A stretch of 64,000 nucleotides of DNA from Paramoeba atlantica (taxonomy: Eukaryota > Protista > Discosea): contig CDRNVI010000150.1 of NCBI GenBank assembly GCA_977017575.1, positions 6,969 through 70,968 of the forward strand. The letters are read 5' to 3'. Shown here piece after piece: positions 36,486-47,668 of this stretch (the first letter of the stretch is position 1; every line of letters starts with the position of its first letter). The position numbers and the translations under genes were made by a program. The notes below the pieces were generated by a model that saw only the letters and a list, made by a program, of their open reading frames with translations, was not told where the DNA came from and made no database searches.

Positions 36486-39400
36486 ATGAAGAGAGTTCGA
36501 AGAAAGACTCTTCCTTCGAGCCCAATTTCTGTTCCATTGGTGAGCTGTTTTCCCTTTGATTCCTTTTTCGTTTTTTCCCCTTGAGATGTTCGATCATTGA
36601 CAGCCTTTTTCTTTTTAGGAGGGTTGTTCTGAGAATTCTGATTTATCCATTGATGATGAAGTTGGAGAACTGAAGGATTTGAAATCCACAAAAAAGAAAG
36701 GGAGAAAATCTCTCATCAGTAGTAAAACTCCCCCTTCGAGAAAAAGTGAATATTCTGTCCCTGTCGAAGCGACACGTTCTTGGGTAACTTTTTCTCTTCT
36801 CTCTTTTTCACTCTTTTTTTCATTCTTTTTTCACTTTTTTGCTCTTTTTTCTCATTTAACTTTCACAAAGGAAAAAGAATATACGAATCCACTTACTTCT
36901 CCAAAACCTCTCCAACCAAGAGAGAAATTCGATCTCGATCAAAAGAGCGGAGAAAAGAAAAGAACAAGCTCCCTGTCGCATCATTTTCCCAAAAAGTTTC
37001 CTTCACGCCACGAAGAACAAGAAGAAACTCAAATCTGCTCTTCTCGTTCTCGCTCTTCTCGTTCTCGCTCTCCTCCTTGTACATCTCCTTCTCGTACATC
37101 TCGAGAATCAAAGTCAGCTCGTCCTTCAAGTTCACGCCACTCTTTGATGTTTACTTCTCCTCTTATCCGATCTGATCCTCGTTCTTCTTCGACCCCCCGT
37201 TGCACATCTCCTCTTTCTTCTCAACCAGAATCTGTTCAATCTCCTCGTTCTTCACGTTCACGCCACTCTGTTATGAGCCCTACTCCTTTCACCCAATCTG
37301 ATCAAAGTTCTTTTCCTCGTTCTCCTTCTTGCACACCTCCTCATTCCAAAACAAAGTCTGTGAATCAATCTCCTCATTTTTCTTCACGTTCACGCCACTC
37401 TTTTATGATCCCTTCTCCTTTTACTACTTCTGATTGTCCTTCTTCTTCTTCTTCAAGTCCACTTGTAGCTCTTTCTCCTCGTTTGAAATCTTTTTTTTCA
37501 CCTCAAGGAGATTCTCCTCCTCCCTTTTCTCCTTCTCTCTCTTTTTCTGAATCAGACGAGTGTCAATTTCGTTGTGATTCTTATTTGGAGATTGTTAATT
37601 ATTTGGTTAGTTTGACTTCAGAGAAAATCGAGTTTTTTTTTATTGGTTTTGAACAATCTTTTGATATTGATCAGGTTTTTTTCTTCTCTTTTCTCTTTTC
37701 CTTTCTCTCTTTCATTCCCTCCCTCTCTTTCTCTTTTCTCTTTTTATTGAACGATTCCAATTGATCAAAATCAAAAAATAGTTTAAACTTTTGGAAACAA
37801 TGAAAGAGATGATGACCACAAAAGAAGGAGAGGAACAACAAACTGAGAAGAAAGAACAAATTATTCAAATTGTTCTTTCTTGGAGAAAATCATTAACACC
37901 GTTTTATCAAACTTTTAATCCCCTTTTATCCAAGTTCTATTCTTTTCTTCTTTCTTTCTTTCATTCTTTTCTCTTTGGATTGACTTGTTGTAAAAATAGA
38001 GCAATTGAAGAATTTCTCGATTCTTTGGAATCAACCCCTTTCGGATCAACTTTGGTCCTTTTTTTTCTTCTTTTTTTTCTCTTCTTTTTTTTATGCCTTT
38101 ATTTCAAATATTTAAAACACACTATTTTTCTGTTGGATTGGATAAACTTTTGGATACGAACCTCCCTATCTCCTGAGATCCTGAGCTCCTGAGATCCTGA
38201 GATTCTGAGATTCTGAGATTATTCATCAGATCCTTTTTTGCTAATGTTGAAAAAAATAGATTTGGAAAGGGAGAATGAGTTTGAGTTCTTGTGGAACGAG
38301 TCATCATGTTGCACAAATGTTAACTTCCATGATGTTTCAAAGATACAAATATTTACGATCTGATGAGTTTTTTGATGGTTTTTGGGAGGTTTTCCTTTTT
38401 TTTTCTTTTCCTTTGACGTTTTCTTTCTTTGACTCTTTTAAATGAACTCTTTTTACAAATAGAAAAAAGAGAAATATATTCGATCACCAAATATTATGGC
38501 AATGAGCGAAATATTCAATCGAATTTCATCAATGGTTGTTGAATCAATCCTATTTTGTGAGTCTGAAACTCGTTCTCAGAATTTAATGTTTATGATTAAA
38601 CTTGCAACCAAACTTTTCAAGGTTTTTCTTCTCTCTCTTTTTCTTTGTTTCTTCTTTCGTTTATTTCTCTCCTTTCTCTTCTTTCAATTTACTGAGTTTT
38701 CCTCTTTTTTTACAAGCTCCGAAATTTTGAGGGATGGGGGGCTGTAATAAGTGGAATGAATCAATCTTCAATTCAACGTTTAAAACCATTGTGGAAACAT
38801 CTCAATTCGAAGGTTTTGTTTTTTCTTTTTCTATTTTTTTGTTTGTGAATTTAAATTGTTGAAATATTGATGAAAACAAAAATAGTACAAAAAGAGATTT
38901 AAGTTGTTTGATGAAATGTTATCTCCTGAAGCGAATTTTAAAAACTATCAAAATTTGTTACATTCTTCAGAACCACCTCTTCTTCCTTGGTTTGCTCCAA
39001 AGGTTCTCTTTCTTTTTTTTTTGAATATTCTTTTTCTTTTTATTTTCAAAACCAACTGATGATTTGAACAGTTGAGGGAGTTAAGATATTTGTACGATGG
39101 GAATCAAGCAAAAACAGAAGAAGGATATGTTAATTTACCTTATCTCATGGTTTCTTTTTCATTTTTTTGTTTTTTTTGTAATTTCGTCTTGAAAAAGGAC
39201 TGAACAAAAGTAACAAAAACAGAAAATTGGATCATCAATCAAATCGTTTTTACAATATCAACAATTTCAGTACGATTTTCCCCATTCTCCTGACACTGCG
39301 TTGTTGTTGAAATTTTTTCAAAAACGTTCAGTTTCTGAGGTTTTTTTCTCTTTCAAAATATTCTCTTTTCTTCTCTTTCTCTCTTCTCTTGACTCACATT

Positions 39401-39521
39401 TTTTGTTTTTTATGTTTAGGAAATTTGTTACACACAATCTCTCTTTGTGTCTCCGAGAAGAGAACCTGGAACCAAAGCATCACAAGAACAGATGACTGAG
39501 CAAGAAGAAAAGATTGTATGA
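36486..39521 (+). CDS. RasGEF-domain protein (paralogue A): Ser/Pro-rich N-terminus, REM-like region, CDC25-like catalytic domain; multi-exon
   Basis: Starts MKRVRRKTLPSSP. Exons include HVAQMLTSMMFQRYKYLRSDEF, PNIMAMSEIFNRISSMVVESIL, LRNFEGWGAVISGMNQSSIQRLKPLW, MLSPEANFKNYQNLLHSSEPPLLPWF and LRELRYLYDGN, which follow the order of CDC25-homology conserved regions. Stop TGA at 39519-39521. Confidence 0.8.
38172..38219 (+). repeat. Intronic 8-bp minisatellite (YCTGAGAT)x6
   Basis: cctgagat cctgagct cctgagat cctgagat tctgagat tctgagat. Confidence 0.85.
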
Positions 39522-39887
39522 ACCATTCCCAAAAATAGAGAATTGATTTGATTCTGCCCTTTCATTTTTGGTGTTTTGATAATTTCGATTGCTGTGTTTT
39601 TGATGATTTTGGTCTTTTCATTTTCTTTGAGAATGTATTTATCTAACTTAAAAAAATCATATTTTCTGAACAACCCCCCCAAAATAAACGAAATTGATTG
39701 ATTTTCAAAAGTATGTTTTCAAACGGTTGATTTTTCTGTCCGGATTTTAGGGAATTTTCGTGGCTAAATTTTTGAGAGAAATTTCGATGAATATTCAATG
39801 ATTTTAAAACGTTTTTTTGGTGTCACTCTTTTCTGTTTTTCCAAAGAAAGTTTTTGGCGAAATTGTTTTTTGGATTTTTTTTGGATT

Positions 39888-42120
39888 ATGTTTCGAAACA
39901 TCAGACGACTTCCTTCGAGTCCTCTTTCTTTGGTTTAATTTTCTTTTTTCTTTTGAAATTTTTTTTGTGAATTAATTTTTTTTTTGAAGGAAACTTCACA
40001 AGAAGATCTTTCTGAGAAGATAAAAAAGAAAGAAGAGAAAGAGAGAGAGAAAGAGAAAGAGAAAGAGAGAACCGATCGTCTTTTCCTAACCGCCCCTTTG
40101 ATGGAAGAAAAGCAGAACTCCTTTCGGCGTTCTTGGGTTGGGAATTTTTTCTTCTCTCTTCTCCTCTTTCCCTCTTCTTCTCTCTTTCTCTCTTCCTTTT
40201 TTACTTGTGGCTGATCTTTTTTCTCTCTTTCTCTTTCTCTTTTTTTCCTTTCTCTTTTTCTCTTTTCAAATTTCAAGGAAACTGATAATCCCCATCTCGG
40301 ACATTTCTCTTCTTCACAAATCCTCGAACAACAACAAGAACAACTCCCAGAAAATAGAAAAGAAACAAAACGAACTCTCCGAGTCATCATAGATCCTAAA
40401 CCAAAAGGAGATGAGAAGAGTAAAAGAGAAAGAGAAGACAATTCAAAACACAATTCAAATCACAATTCAAATCCAAATTTAAATCAAAATTCAAATCACA
40501 ATTCAAATCCAAATTTAAATCCAAATTTAAATCCAAATTTAAATCCAAATTTAAATCCAAATTTAAATCACAATTTTAATCACAAATTTAAAACAAAACT
40601 TTTACTTCGAAAAATCCCCTCTTTCGAACAAAGAGAAAATTGCATGGTCCAATCTGCACGTCCTTCTTCTTCTTCTTCTTCTTCTTCTTCTTCTTCTTCT
40701 CTTTCTCCTTCTCCATCTCCTTCTCCTCCTTCTTCTCTTCCCTTTTCTCCTTCCTCTCCCTCTCCCTCTCTCCCCTCTCTCCAAAAACCCCGAATTCGTT
40801 CCAACTCAGCCCATTCCTCTCTCTCTCCTCTCCGCTCTCCTCCTCAACTCTCTCTCTCTCCTCTCTCTCCCCCCCAATCTCCTCTCTCTCCTCTCTCTCC
40901 TCTCACCTCTCTCTCTCTCTCTCCTCTCCAATCTCCAAGTCCAACAAAACCTCGCTCTCCCATTTTCTTTCCAGCTTCTCTCTCTTCTCCTTTCCATCCT
41001 TTCTCTCACTCTTCCTCTCTCCCCTCTCTCTCTCCCCTCTCTCCCCGGATCAAGTCCTTTTTCTCTTCTTCTTCTAGTACTTCTTCTTTTTCTCAGTCAG
41101 GTTTTTTTCTTTTTTGAAAGGAGAGAAAAAAAAAGAAATGAGTAGAAGAGAAGGGAAGAGCCATTTTTCTCTCTTTTTCTTTCTTTTCTCTTTCTTTTCT
41201 CTCTCTCTTCTCTTTCTTACTCTTCCTCTTCTCTCTCTCTTTCTTAGAATTTGAAAATGAAAGGGAATATCAATTTCGAAGTGATAATTATTTGGAGATT
41301 GTGAATTATTTAATTGATTTGAATTTGGAGAAAGTGGAATTATTTTTTCTTGGTTTTGAACAATCTGATATTGATCAGGTTCTTTTCTCTCTCTTCTCTC
41401 TCTCCCTCTCTTCTCTCTCCCTCTCTCCTCTCTTTTTCTCTCTTCTTCTCTTCTCTCTCTCTTCTCTCTTCAAACAATTTTCAAAATTCAACTAAAAAAT
41501 TGCACCAAAAATTGATTAATAATAAAACCAAAAAAAAATAGTTTAAACTTTTCGAAGCAATGAAAAAGAAATTTTTGGAGAAAAGAGAGAAAGAAAAGAG
41601 AGAAAAAGTGATTCAAATGATTTTAATTTGGAGGAAAATTTTTTCTTCTTATTATCGAACTGTTCGTCCTTGTTTATTCATGTTTTTTTTTTTTTTTTTT
41701 TTTTCATTTTTCATTTTTTTTTTCATTTCATTTCATTTCTTTTTTTTTCATTTCATTTTTCTTCTTTTCATTTTTTTTCTTCCTTTATTTTTTAGGGCAA
41801 TTGAGAACTTTTTGGATTCATTAGATCATCAATTTATGGCCTCTTTTCCGGTTTTTTCTTTTTCTCTTTCCTTATTTTTGTTTTTATTATTTTAATTCTT
41901 TTCATTAATTCAAAAAATCTTTATTTTAAATTATTTTTTTTAAACCATTAATTATCATGAATCCAACGAAAAAAAACAAACAGATTTGGGAAAGAAAGAG
42001 TTTGAGATGTTGTGGAAAAAGTCATCGAGTTGCCCAAATGTTAACTCTGATTATGTTTCAGAGATTTGGGAAGATCCGTTATGATGAATTTTTTGATGGT
42101 TTTTGGGAGGTTTTTTTATT

Positions 42121-42157
<37 letters not shown>

Positions 42158-43654
42158 ATTTTTTATTTTTATTTTTATTTTTATTTTTATTTTTATTTTT
42201 ATTTTTATTTTTATTTTTATTTTTATTTTTATTTTTATTTATTATTTATTATTTCAGGGAAAACTTTAATTTTAGTTTAATTTAATTTAATTCTTTTTGA
42301 TTTTATTTTATGATTTTATTTTTTTCTTTTGATTCTATTTTCTTTGATATTTTAGGATTACAAAATTCTTTCTTTTCCATTTTATTAAATCAAACTTAAA
42401 ATACTGAAAATAAAAAACACAGAAAAAAGAGAAATACATAAAATCCCCAAACATCATGGCAATGAGCGAAATATTCAATCGAATTTCATCAATGGTTGTA
42501 GAATCAATTCTATTTTGTGATTCTGAAAATCGTTCTCAGAATTTGTTGTTTATGATTAAACTTGCAACAAGACTTTTTAAGGTTTTTCTTTCTCTCTTTT
42601 CTTTTTTCTCTCTTCTCTCTTTCTTTCTCTTCTCTCTCTCCCCCTCTCTCTTCCCTCTCTCTTCTCTCTCCTCAAAAAAATACAAAAATCAATTTATTCT
42701 TTTCTCATTTTCAGCATCATAATTTTGAGGGAGGAGCAGCTGTAATAAGTGGACTAAATCAATCTTCGATTTTACGTTTAAAACCACTCTGGAAAACTTT
42801 GAATTCGAGGGTTTTATTTTTTTTTTTCTTTATTTCTTTATTTCTTTATTTCTTTATTTATTTTCTCTAATTTTTCTTTTTTCTTTTTTTCTATTTTTCT
42901 ATTTTCTTTTTTTCTATTTTTCTATTTTCTTTTTTTCTTTCTTCTTTTTTCTTTCTTCTTTCTTTTCCTTTCTTTCTTTCTTAAGTGGTGATGTTAAAAG
43001 ATTTCTATAAAAATAGTACAAAAAGAGATTTGAATTGTTTGATAAAATGTTATCTCCTGATTCAAATTTTAAAAACTATCAAAATGTGATCCATTCTGCA
43101 GAACCACCTCTTCTTCCTTGGTTTGCTCCAAAGGTTCTCTTTCTTTTTTAATTTTCTTTTTCTTTTCTCTTTTTTTAATTTTTTTTTGAATCTTTCTTTT
43201 CTTAAAAGAAATAAACAATTTTTAATATTCATTTCAGTTAAGGGAGTTAAGATATTTATATGATGGGAATCAAGTCAAAACAGAAGAAGGTTTTGTTAAT
43301 CTGCCTTATCTCATGGTTTCTATTTCATTTTTTAAAAGTATTCAATTCAATTACAAATGTTGATTTCAATTTCAAATTTATTTCATTATTTAATCAAAAA
43401 ATTAAAACAGAAAATTGGAGAATCAATCAAATCATTTCTCCAATATCAACATTTTCAATATGATTTTCCCCATTCTGACAAATCTTTGCTGTTCCAATTT
43501 CTTCAAAAACGATCTATTCCTGAGGTTTTTCTTTCTTTTCTTTCCTTTTTTCTTTTTAACTTATCCTTTTCTACAGGAAATATGTTATGAAAAATCTCTC
43601 TCTCTTTATTCTCCAACAAAGATTGTCCAAAATGAACTTGAGAAAAAGAATTAA
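39888..43654 (+). CDS. RasGEF-domain protein (paralogue B); multi-exon
   Basis: Starts MFRNIRRLPSSPLSL. Nearly the same exon structure as paralogue A (RVAQMLTLIMFQRF, PNIMAMSEIFNRISSMVVESIL, NFEGGAAVISGLNQSSILRLKPLW, EPPLLPWFAPK, LRELRYLYDGN). Ends EICYEKSL...ELEKKN*. Confidence 0.8.
40440..40582 (+). repeat. Coding 12-bp repeat (AATCCAAATTTA and variants) encoding an N-x-N-x tract (NPNL/NHNS) in RasGEF B
   Basis: In frame with exon 3: DNSKHNSNHNSNPNLNQNSNHNSNPNLNPNLNPNLNPNLNPNLNHNFNH. Confidence 0.85.
42113..42246 (+). repeat. (TTTTTA)n microsatellite in a RasGEF B intron
   Basis: Direct hexamer repeat following the ...GFWE|GT donor. Confidence 0.9.
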
Positions 43655-43712
43655 AAGAAATAAGAACTTTCAAAAAACATTTGTGGTTTTTTTAAATCAC
43701 TCCCAACCAAAG

Positions 43713-45868
43713 TTATTTCCAAAATTCAATTGATTGTTTCCCATAATCTGAAACAACAATTGTTCCAAATGAATCAATAACAACTCCACGAGGATCTTGT
43801 ATGTGAGCGCTACCAAAGGAAAAAAGAAATGTTCCATCTTTCTCAAACACACTCACTCTTCCTTCATCACAAACAACAATTCTACCTTCCCCATCCACAT
43901 GAACACTTCTTGGACAACTTAATGGAGAATCACCTGAACCTCTTGTTCCAAAACATCGAATAAAATTCCCTTCAATATCCATCACTTGAATCCGATGATT
44001 CAAACGATCAGAAATAACAATATTCCCATCTCTATCCACCGCAGCGCCAAAAGGATGGTTAAACTGACCTTCAGAAGAACCTTGCGAACCAAAAGAATGA
44101 AGAAAAGATCCATCATTATCAAACACTTGAATTCGGTGATTGTAAGTATCACAAACAATAATTCTACCTTCTTCATCCACATCCACACCAAATGGTTGAT
44201 CAAATTGACCATCTTCAGAACCAACCGATCCAAAAGATTTGATCAATTCTCCTTCTTTGTTTAAGATTACAACTCTCCGAGAATTTTGAGAACAATCAAG
44301 AACAACAATTTGATCATTCAATCCAATTGAAACATCAACAGGTTCCAACTGAAGTGAATCAATTGTTTTCTGAATTGTTGATTCAATCATCTCATTTCCT
44401 TCTTTATCTCTCACTCTCAGTCCATGCTCATCACAAATAAAAATATTCCCATCACTGTCCACACTCACTCCAAAAGGTACATTCTCTAAAGGAAAAGAAG
44501 AAACAAAACGAAAAGAATCACCACCACCATCACAACAAATCACTCCTTTCTTTGGTTTGAGTAATCCAACAACACCTCCTTCAAAAACAATATCATTTGC
44601 AGTTTGAAGAAGAGTTGAAAAAAGTTGATCATCAAAAAAAAGAGAAACATCGCCAGTTGTTGATGTGTTGGATAAACGAATAATTGAATCTTTTCTTATT
44701 CTCAAATCTTCTTTCTCCAATTCTATTTCTTTCTTTTCAATTCTTTTCTTTTCTAATTTCTCTTCTAATTCTTTCATTTCTTTTTCAATCCTTTTTCTTT
44801 TCTTTTCAATCCAAATCAATCTTCTCTCCAATCTATCTCCAATCCTCACAACTTCATCCCTCTTCTCCAAAATACTTTCTTCAATCGGTTTCACTTCCTC
44901 ATTGTGTTGAACATGTGTTTCAAGAATACAACGAATACAAACAAAAGAAGAACATTGAAAACAATATCCACTGATTTTTTCAGGAGGGTGTTTTGAACAT
45001 TCTCTCCTCATCAATTTCTCCAATCCGACCTCCCATCCTCTTTCACCATCAACACCATCCCTTTCAGATCGTTTGTGATTTCGAGTGAAAATAGAAGAAG
45101 AGTGAGATGGATCACAAGAATCACAAATAAACATGTCGCATTTGGAACAATACATTCGAGTTTGTTCTCCACACGTTTCGAAATTTACACATTCTGATTC
45201 ATCTCCTGTTTTTTTTGTCATTCAAAATATGTTTTTCGACAACTTGAAATAACTCTCTCTCAAGAGGAAAAAGGAAAAGAAAGAGAGGAACCTGAAGTTG
45301 ATTGGTTGGAGAAAGAGATCAAATTTGAAGAAAGAAGAACATCAATCGTTTCTGGAATCAAATAATTCATCGAAAGTGTTTCAACGCTTTCACATTCGTT
45401 CACTTCTCGACAAACAGGACATTTCACTCCTTTCAAAGAGGAAGAAGAGGAAGAAGAAGGAGAGGATGAAGAAGAAGAAGAAGAAGGATTTTGAAGAAGA
45501 AAGAGATTGTTGAGACAAAGAGTACAAAAAGAAAGACCACAACAAGGTAACAACCTTGGTTCTTTTTCCCAATTCATTAATTCTAAACATATTCCACATT
45601 CAAATCTTTTCCTTTTCTCTTCTTCTTCCTTTCTCCTTCTTTTCATCACCCCTTCTTCTCTTTCTCTTTCTCCTTCTCCTTCTCCTTCTCCTTGTTGTTC
45701 TCCCGCCGTCTCTTCTTGTTCTCTCTTTCCAAGAATATCCTCACTTCTTCTTTCTCTTTCTCCTATTTCATCTTCATCATTACGAGTAATTTGCTCTTTC
45801 TTTCTCTTTGATTTTTTCCCCTCCTCACTCACCACTTCTCTCTTTCTCTTTCCTCTTAGATCACTCAT
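43713..45868 (-). CDS. TRIM-NHL-like protein T1 (RING, B-box 1, B-box 2, coiled coil, NHL beta-propeller); 2 exons
   Basis: Exon 1 (45868-45292) has RING CGIC..LPCCGLSFCTLC..KCPVCR. Phase-1 intron 45291-45206. Exon 2 has CVNFETC..CSKC..CDSC..H..H, CSKH..CFQC..CIRC..H..H, a K/E coiled coil and NHL repeats (FDQPFGVDVDEEGRIIVCDTYNHRIQVFD). Confidence 0.9.
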
Positions 45869-46117
45869 TTCTTTTTGGCCTTATCGAACCAATCCTGAAG
45901 TTCACTGAAGAGAAAGCGCAAAGGTCTCAAACAAAAGAGGAGGAGCTTCTGAAGAAGGAAATGTGAGGAAAACAAAAAACCACCCAAAAGAAAAACCAAC
46001 AAACCAATGAGAATCCAAAAAAAAGAGAAAGAGACAAAAGAGAAACACAAAACAAAGAAAACGGCAAGTTCCCATAGAATTCCTATAAATCTAAAAAAAA
46101 GAAAACTTTTCAACCGA

Positions 46118-46189
46118 TCCCTTGTGGTGTAGTCGGTAACACGGTCGGCTTTCACCCGGCCACCCCGGGTTCGATTCCCGGCAAGGGAG
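46118..46189 (+). tRNA. trnE: tRNA-Glu (anticodon TTC)
   Basis: Cloverleaf: TCCCTTG/CAAGGGA acceptor, GTGT/ACAC D-stem, GTCGG-CT[TTC]AC-CCGGC anticodon arm, CCGGG-TTCGATT-CCCGG T-arm; followed by a T-run Pol III terminator. Confidence 0.95.
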
Positions 46190-46615
46190 CTTACTTTTTT
46201 TTTTTTTTTTTCTTTTTCCTTTCAATTTTTTTTTTTTTTTTTTTTTTTCTTTTTTTTTTCTCAATTTTTTCTTTTTTGGTTTCAATGAATTCTCATTCAA
46301 AAACTTTTTCTTGCAATTTGAAATTGGTTTTTTTTCAAATTGAAAAGTTTTTTGTTTTTTGTGAACAACCAAAATTATTTCTCAGTTTTCCCAGTTTTCT
46401 TTTTTGTTTGGTTTTTTTTTGTTCTTTTTTGAAAAAGTGTCCAGCCTTTCAAAACTTTTGGAATGGAGCTTGAAAAATTATTTTTTTTGGAAGCAAAAAA
46501 AATTGTTCTTTCAGTCAAAATCAAAAAATCACATCGCCAAACCATTCTTCAAGTTTGAAAAATGAAACTCAACACAAATTCTTGTCATTCTAAAAAAAAA
46601 AAACTTTTCAACCGA

Positions 46616-46687
46616 TCCCTTGTGGTGTAGTCGGTAACACGGTCGGCTTTCACCCGGCCACCCCGGGTTCGATTCCCGGCAAGGGAG
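46616..46687 (+). tRNA. trnE: tRNA-Glu (anticodon TTC), identical copy
   Basis: Same 72 nt as 46118-46189, with a T-run downstream. Confidence 0.95.
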
Positions 46688-46988
46688 CTTATTTTTATTA
46701 TTTTTTTTCTTTTTCCTTTCAATTTTTTTTCTCAATTTTTTTCTTTTTCCCTCTTTTTCCCGCTTATTTTTTTGTTTCCTTTGAAAAAGTCAAAATTGAT
46801 GTCATTCCCTCATTATTCTGCTTCGTTTCCGGTTTGATTCCTGGAATATTCCCAGGACAAATTGATGTCATTTCCTCAATTCGGAAAAGTGAATTCTGGA
46901 TTCATTTCCTTCGCCGAAAACCCAAATCAAAACCGAATCATAAGCAGAGCTCAAGTGAATTTATTCGGTTTTTTTTTTCTTTCAAAAC

Positions 46989-47146
46989 CTTTCAAAACCT
47001 CTCTTTTTCTCTCAAAAATTCTATTGACAAAAGACTTTTTAAAATGGGACACCGAATAACAAGTCGATTTTTCGAATATTCAGTGTCCCATGTCAAAAAG
47101 TCTTTTGTCAATAGAATTTTTGAGAGAAAAACAAAGGTTTTGAAAG
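46989..47146. repeat. 158-bp inverted repeat (64-bp arms, 30-bp spacer); foldback or MITE-like
   Basis: Left arm CTTTCAAAACCTCTCTTTTTCTCTCAAAAATTCTATTGACAAAAGACTTTTTAAAATGGGACAC (46989-47052) matches the reverse complement of 47083-47146 with about 4 mismatches. Confidence 0.9.
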
Positions 47147-47364
47147 CTCTGATCATAAATCATTCTCAGTTTTCCCATTTTTGTTCTTGAGGAATCCTTT
47201 CCTTCTTTCGAAAAAAACTTTTGGGAAAGCAGAAACTTGAAAAAATTGGATTTTGAAAAAGTCAAAATCAAAAAATCACATCGCCAAACCATTCTTCAAG
47301 TATGAAAAAATGAAACTCAACACAAATTCTTGTCATTCTAAAAAATCAGTCACTTTTCAACCGA

Positions 47365-47436
47365 TCCCTTGTGGTGTAGTCGGTAACACGGTCGGCTCTC
47401 ACCCGGCCACCCCGGGTTCGATTCCCGGCAAGGGAG
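47365..47436 (+). tRNA. trnE: tRNA-Glu (anticodon CTC)
   Basis: Identical to the two TTC copies except the first anticodon base (CT[CTC]AC), with a T-run downstream. Confidence 0.95.
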
Positions 47437-47668
47437 CTTCCTTTTTTCTTTTTTTTCCCGCTTTTTTTTTGCTTTTTGTTTCTCTGTGATTTTTAACTTT
47501 TGTTCAGTCTTAGTTTGGTTCTTTTTCCCTTTCATTTTATCCTCTCTCCCTCTCTCACTCTTTTGTCTTGTTTTCTCCTTTCTTCTTCTTTTTGAGGAAT
47601 TTGGTTTTTGGTTTTTCTCCCTTTCCTTTTTTTTTTGTTGTTGCTGCTCTCTTTTCCCACAGATAAAA

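Noticed and set aside
46829-46857. B-box/T-loop-like GGTTTGATTCC plus a short hairpin CCTGG..CCAGG near the tRNAs
   Set aside because: No acceptor stem, D-arm or anticodon arm could be folded; at most a degenerate remnant.
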